The notes under the pieces: generated by a model
What the model saw: the letters and a program-made list of their open reading frames with translations, nothing else
Databases searched by the model: none
What the model was told of the DNA's origin: nothing
DNA from: a virus
Taxonomy: Duplodnaviria; Caudoviricetes
Length of the DNA stretch: 64,000 bases
Strand: one strand, 5' to 3'
IMG/VR virus record: IMGVR_UViG_3300014204_007089
Location: 42,131-106,130 of that record
Made by a program: the position numbers and the translations under genes
In this document: positions 60,873 through 64,000 of the stretch, one piece after another
Layout: each line of letters begins with the position of its first letter
Position numbering within the stretch: the first letter of the stretch is position 1

Positions 60873-61991
60873 TTAAGAATCAATTGATAATATTTGTTTT
60901 GCTGCTAAATTCCATGTAAATTTTTCTGAAGTAGTTTTCATATTTTGTGAAAATAAAGATTTTAAGTGATCATATTGTTCAACTGCTAATTTTAATTTCT
61001 TTGCAGCATCATCTGTGTTAATAACAAAATGCACAGCAAATGGGTTTGATTCCCAATACTGGTGATTTTTTGGAGCACGTTTAACAGATCCATCTATTAA
61101 TAAAGAATTTGTATTATTACAGAAATCCAAAATTCCACCATATCTAGGAACAATATTTATTAATCCACAAGCTAATGCTTCAAGTGAAGGTAAATGCCAA
61201 CATTCAGTATGTGTAGCTGAAAAATTAATATCACAAGCTTTATAAATACTAGCTATATTTGTAATATAATCAAAAACAAATTCAACTTCTGCATGATTTG
61301 GAAATTTATGTTCAAATTCTTTGTAAATTTGATTAAAATCAACATCAAATGGATGATTTGTTTTATTTTGTTTAAATATTTTTGCAACTAAACATACATC
61401 ATCTTTTTTGGTAAAAGCTTTGCCAAAAGCTTCTAAAGCTAAATGTAATGCTTTTCTAAGATGAGGTTGTGCTACATTTAGTAAAATCTTTTTATTTTTC
61501 TTTGTTTTTAAACTCCAAACTTCATCTTTGGTATAATCTTCTAAATTAATTCCATGAGGAATTACAATCATTTTATTTTCAGGAATTTTCATATTTAAAA
61601 ATACATCTTTGGTAAAATTAGAAGATGGAAGTACATAATCTACAGATTTATAATATTTACCAAAACCATGTAATAGTGAAAAAGATTTATTATCAAATTG
61701 TTTAGAATTATATTCATAATTCCAAATTGCATAACGTCGTTTTATTCCATTGGAAGTATAATTTGGCCAATTATGTGGTGCAGTATAACTTAATTGCATA
61801 TCATAAATTCCATTTGGCCTATCTCGAACAAAAGGAATTAAATCTTTTGGTAAAAATCTATAATCAATTCCATCTGTAGATATAAATTCTACATCATGTC
61901 CTTGTTTAATAAATGCTCGCCCTAAATTTTGACCTACAACTGCCCACGAGTGTGATTTAAAAAATAGAAATTGTTGTATTTTAATTCGCAT
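60873..61991 (-). CDS. GT4 glycosyltransferase
   Basis: VIPHGI, RKA, ECWHLPSLEALACG. Confidence 0.88.
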   Translation of the reverse strand: MRIKIQQFLFFKSHSWAVVGQNLGRAFIKQGHDVEFISTDGIDYRFLPKDLIPFVRDRPNGIYDMQLSYTAPHNWPNYTSNGIKRRYAIWNYEYNSKQFDNKSFSLLHGFGKYYKSVDYVLPSSNFTKDVFLNMKIPENKMIVIPHGINLEDYTKDEVWSLKTKKNKKILLNVAQPHLRKALHLALEAFGKAFTKKDDVCLVAKIFKQNKTNHPFDVDFNQIYKEFEHKFPNHAEVEFVFDYITNIASIYKACDINFSATHTECWHLPSLEALACGLINIVPRYGGILDFCNNTNSLLIDGSVKRAPKNHQYWESNPFAVHFVINTDDAAKKLKLAVEQYDHLKSLFSQNMKTTSEKFTWNLAAKQILSIDS

Positions 61992-62080
61992 AATAACTCT
62001 TTGTTAATAAATAATATATCATTAACAATTAAGTTATGTATTGTATTGTTTTTGTTTTTTGTTTTTTTTTAGCTAATTTA

Positions 62081-62362
62081 TTAACAACCAGCATGCCAAA
62101 TATGCACATCTACAGTACCAGTTCCTTTAAACCAAATTTTATCTTCGTTTCTTAAATCAAAATTAAATATTTGATCTGCACTAATTCTTCCATGAGTTGT
62201 TACACCATTAAAAGAATATTCAACATTATCTCCAGTAATTCCTACAAACATTATACGTCTAGCTCCACGAAATGTTACAAGTACTTGTGGATCTATTGTC
62301 CAACTTCCTACAGCAGTTACTGTTTTAAAATAGTTAAAATCTTTTCCTTTTGTTTCAGTCAT
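62081..62362 (-). CDS. Small beta-rich hypothetical protein
   Basis: 93 aa, RBS GAGGT, downstream of fibre gene. Confidence 0.6.
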   Translation of the reverse strand: MTETKGKDFNYFKTVTAVGSWTIDPQVLVTFRGARRIMFVGITGDNVEYSFNGVTTHGRISADQIFNFDLRNEDKIWFKGTGTVDVHIWHAGC

Positions 62363-62378
62363 ATTAAAATACCTCTAT

Positions 62379-64000
62379 TTATTTTTCTTCTAATAATTGT
62401 ATTCTTGTTTTTAAATTTTCAATTATAATTTGTTGTTCTTGAACAGCTTTAATTAATACTGATATAAATTCACTATATCCTAGTGTTTTAATATCTCTTC
62501 CATTATTAATAGAATGATCTTGATAACCACCAAAATCAACTCCTAATTCATCACATACTAATTTTACTTCTTGAGCAATTAATCCGTGATGATATCTATT
62601 TCTCTTTTTTGAATTATCTTTATTTACAATATAATCTTCTCTATAATCCCATTTAAAATCTACAGGGCGGAGTTTATTTATAAATTTAAGACCTAATACA
62701 GTATTTCTAACATCAGCTTTATCTCTAATATCTGAACGATCTTGTACAGCTCCATAAACATAAGTTGTAGTTGTTGAATCGCCTAATTGTATTTGACAAC
62801 TTCCTGAAACAATTGAATTAGCACCAATACAAGTACTATTAAAATATGAAGTAGTTGAACCAAATGCATTATATCCAATAGCTGTATTATTATATCCGTC
62901 TATTAATTCATCACCAGCTTGAAATCCAATTAAAGTGTTTCCATTTGATATTATATTACCACCAGAAAAACTTCCAATTGCAACATTATTACTTATTCTG
63001 TTTACTGAATTTGTATTATTATACAATGCATCATAACCAATAGCAACATTATCATATCCATCATGTATAAAATATCCTGTTTTAAATCCAAGTGATGTAT
63101 TTCTACTTCCTGTACTTAGAGAAAAAAGTGAATTATTTCCAATTGCTGTGTTTTTATCTCCTGTTTGTAATGTTTGACAAACAGAATAACCCATTAATGT
63201 ATTATATGATGAAGTTAAAATTGCATTTGCACCAGCACCATATCCCATAGCTGTATTTTCTACTGCCGTTGTTACTTTTGAAAGAACATTATAACCAACA
63301 GCAGTTGCTGTACCACTTGTTAATGCAATACATGTATTATTTCCAATAAATGTATTAGATGATGAAGTTGTATTTGCACCAGCACCATATCCAATAGATG
63401 TATTTTTAGTTCCTGTTGTTACTTTTGAAAGTGAACTATAACCAATTGCTATACTTTCTGCTCCGCTGCTTAATAATTCAGCTGCTTTATAACCAATTGA
63501 TATATTATAACTTGATGTTATTAAATTTCCAGCATTATGTCCAATAGCAATATTTCCAATACCAGTTTCATTAGATTTTAAAGCATAATATCCTATACCT
63601 ATATTTGCAGCACCTGTTGTATTTGAACTAAGAGTTTGATAACCAATTGCAATTGCAGGAACTGTACTTAATTTTGCAGCTTGATATCCAATTCCAATTA
63701 ATCCAGCAATAGTGCTTGATACACAAGCCTCATTACCAATAGAAATATTATTTGGCATTGTTATACGACTAAAATATCCATCCATCCAATAATTTAAAGG
63801 TGTACCTAAACTTAATTCATTTGATGTATAAGAATATAAAGAATAATTGGTTAAATTTAATTTTTTAATAGATCCAATATAAGTAGTTAAAGATGTTTGT
63901 GCTTTTATATAACCATCTCCAATAATAATATCATTAGAACCAAAATTAAAAGTTGCTTCTCTAGTTGTTGTAGTTAAATAAGTAGAGCCTATTGTAGTTA
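62379..64000 (-). CDS. Tail fibre with C-terminal intramolecular chaperone (peptidase S74); 5' end outside window
   Basis: Frame is open from 63998; NxAIGYxA repeats; SDIRDK...LRPVDFKW...HGLIAQEV. Confidence 0.85.
   Translation of the reverse strand, partial: TTIGSTYLTTTTREATFNFGSNDIIIGDGYIKAQTSLTTYIGSIKKLNLTNYSLYSYTSNELSLGTPLNYWMDGYFSRITMPNNISIGNEACVSSTIAGLIGIGYQAAKLSTVPAIAIGYQTLSSNTTGAANIGIGYYALKSNETGIGNIAIGHNAGNLITSSYNISIGYKAAELLSSGAESIAIGYSSLSKVTTGTKNTSIGYGAGANTTSSSNTFIGNNTCIALTSGTATAVGYNVLSKVTTAVENTAMGYGAGANAILTSSYNTLMGYSVCQTLQTGDKNTAIGNNSLFSLSTGSRNTSLGFKTGYFIHDGYDNVAIGYDALYNNTNSVNRISNNVAIGSFSGGNIISNGNTLIGFQAGDELIDGYNNTAIGYNAFGSTTSYFNSTCIGANSIVSGSCQIQLGDSTTTTYVYGAVQDRSDIRDKADVRNTVLGLKFINKLRPVDFKWDYREDYIVNKDNSKKRNRYHHGLIAQEVKLVCDELGVDFGGYQDHSINNGRDIKTLGYSEFISVLIKAVQEQQIIIENLKTRIQLLEEK

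Noticed and set aside
39208-61991. Cellular O-antigen/capsule locus or eukaryotic giant virus origin
   Set aside because: Flanked by phage genes, shares their upstream motif and lacks wzx/wzy; sheath, sigma factor, DnaB and SD sites indicate a bacteriophage.
5128-62428. Short plus-strand and nested ORFs in the track (e.g. 5128, 9076, 10416, 18657, 26823, 30798, 49212)
   Set aside because: Antisense or alternate-frame shadows of long genes with no motifs; only 56231..57175 is a credible plus-strand gene.
1-64000. Alternative genetic code; tRNA/rRNA genes
   Set aside because: Standard code gives full-length genes ending in TAA, TAG and TGA; no tRNA or rRNA recognised by eye (not scanned).

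Overview
Very AT-rich segment of a large contractile-tailed (jumbo-type) bacteriophage. Nearly all genes are on the minus strand, the standard code gives dense ORFs, and many genes have Shine-Dalgarno sites. Layout: (1) 1-23.4 kb virion block (tail sheath 5' part, neck/baseplate-like proteins, beta-helix spikes, long fibre), interspersed with a LAGLIDADG endonuclease, Csp, HNH and cysteine desulfurase; (2) 23.5-39.2 kb replication/metabolism block (MetAP, intein-containing class II RNR, sigma factor, DnaB with a class 3 intein, DnaC-like loader, SF2 helicase, tubulin/FtsZ); (3) 39.2-62 kb nucleotide-sugar, glycosyl-, methyl- and sulfotransferase cluster with no recognisable flippase or polymerase; (4) a tail fibre running off the right edge. 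There are two TnpB IS200/IS605 elements and four non-autonomous derivatives. The most striking unexplained signal is the tripeptide D-G-Y: about 37 copies in eight virion proteins and none that I could find in the non-structural proteins. I propose, as inference only, that it is a modification tag read by the phage glycosylation/sulfation cluster. Two candidate promoter classes also separate structural from non-structural genes. All family calls are from motif recognition by eye; no searches were run.
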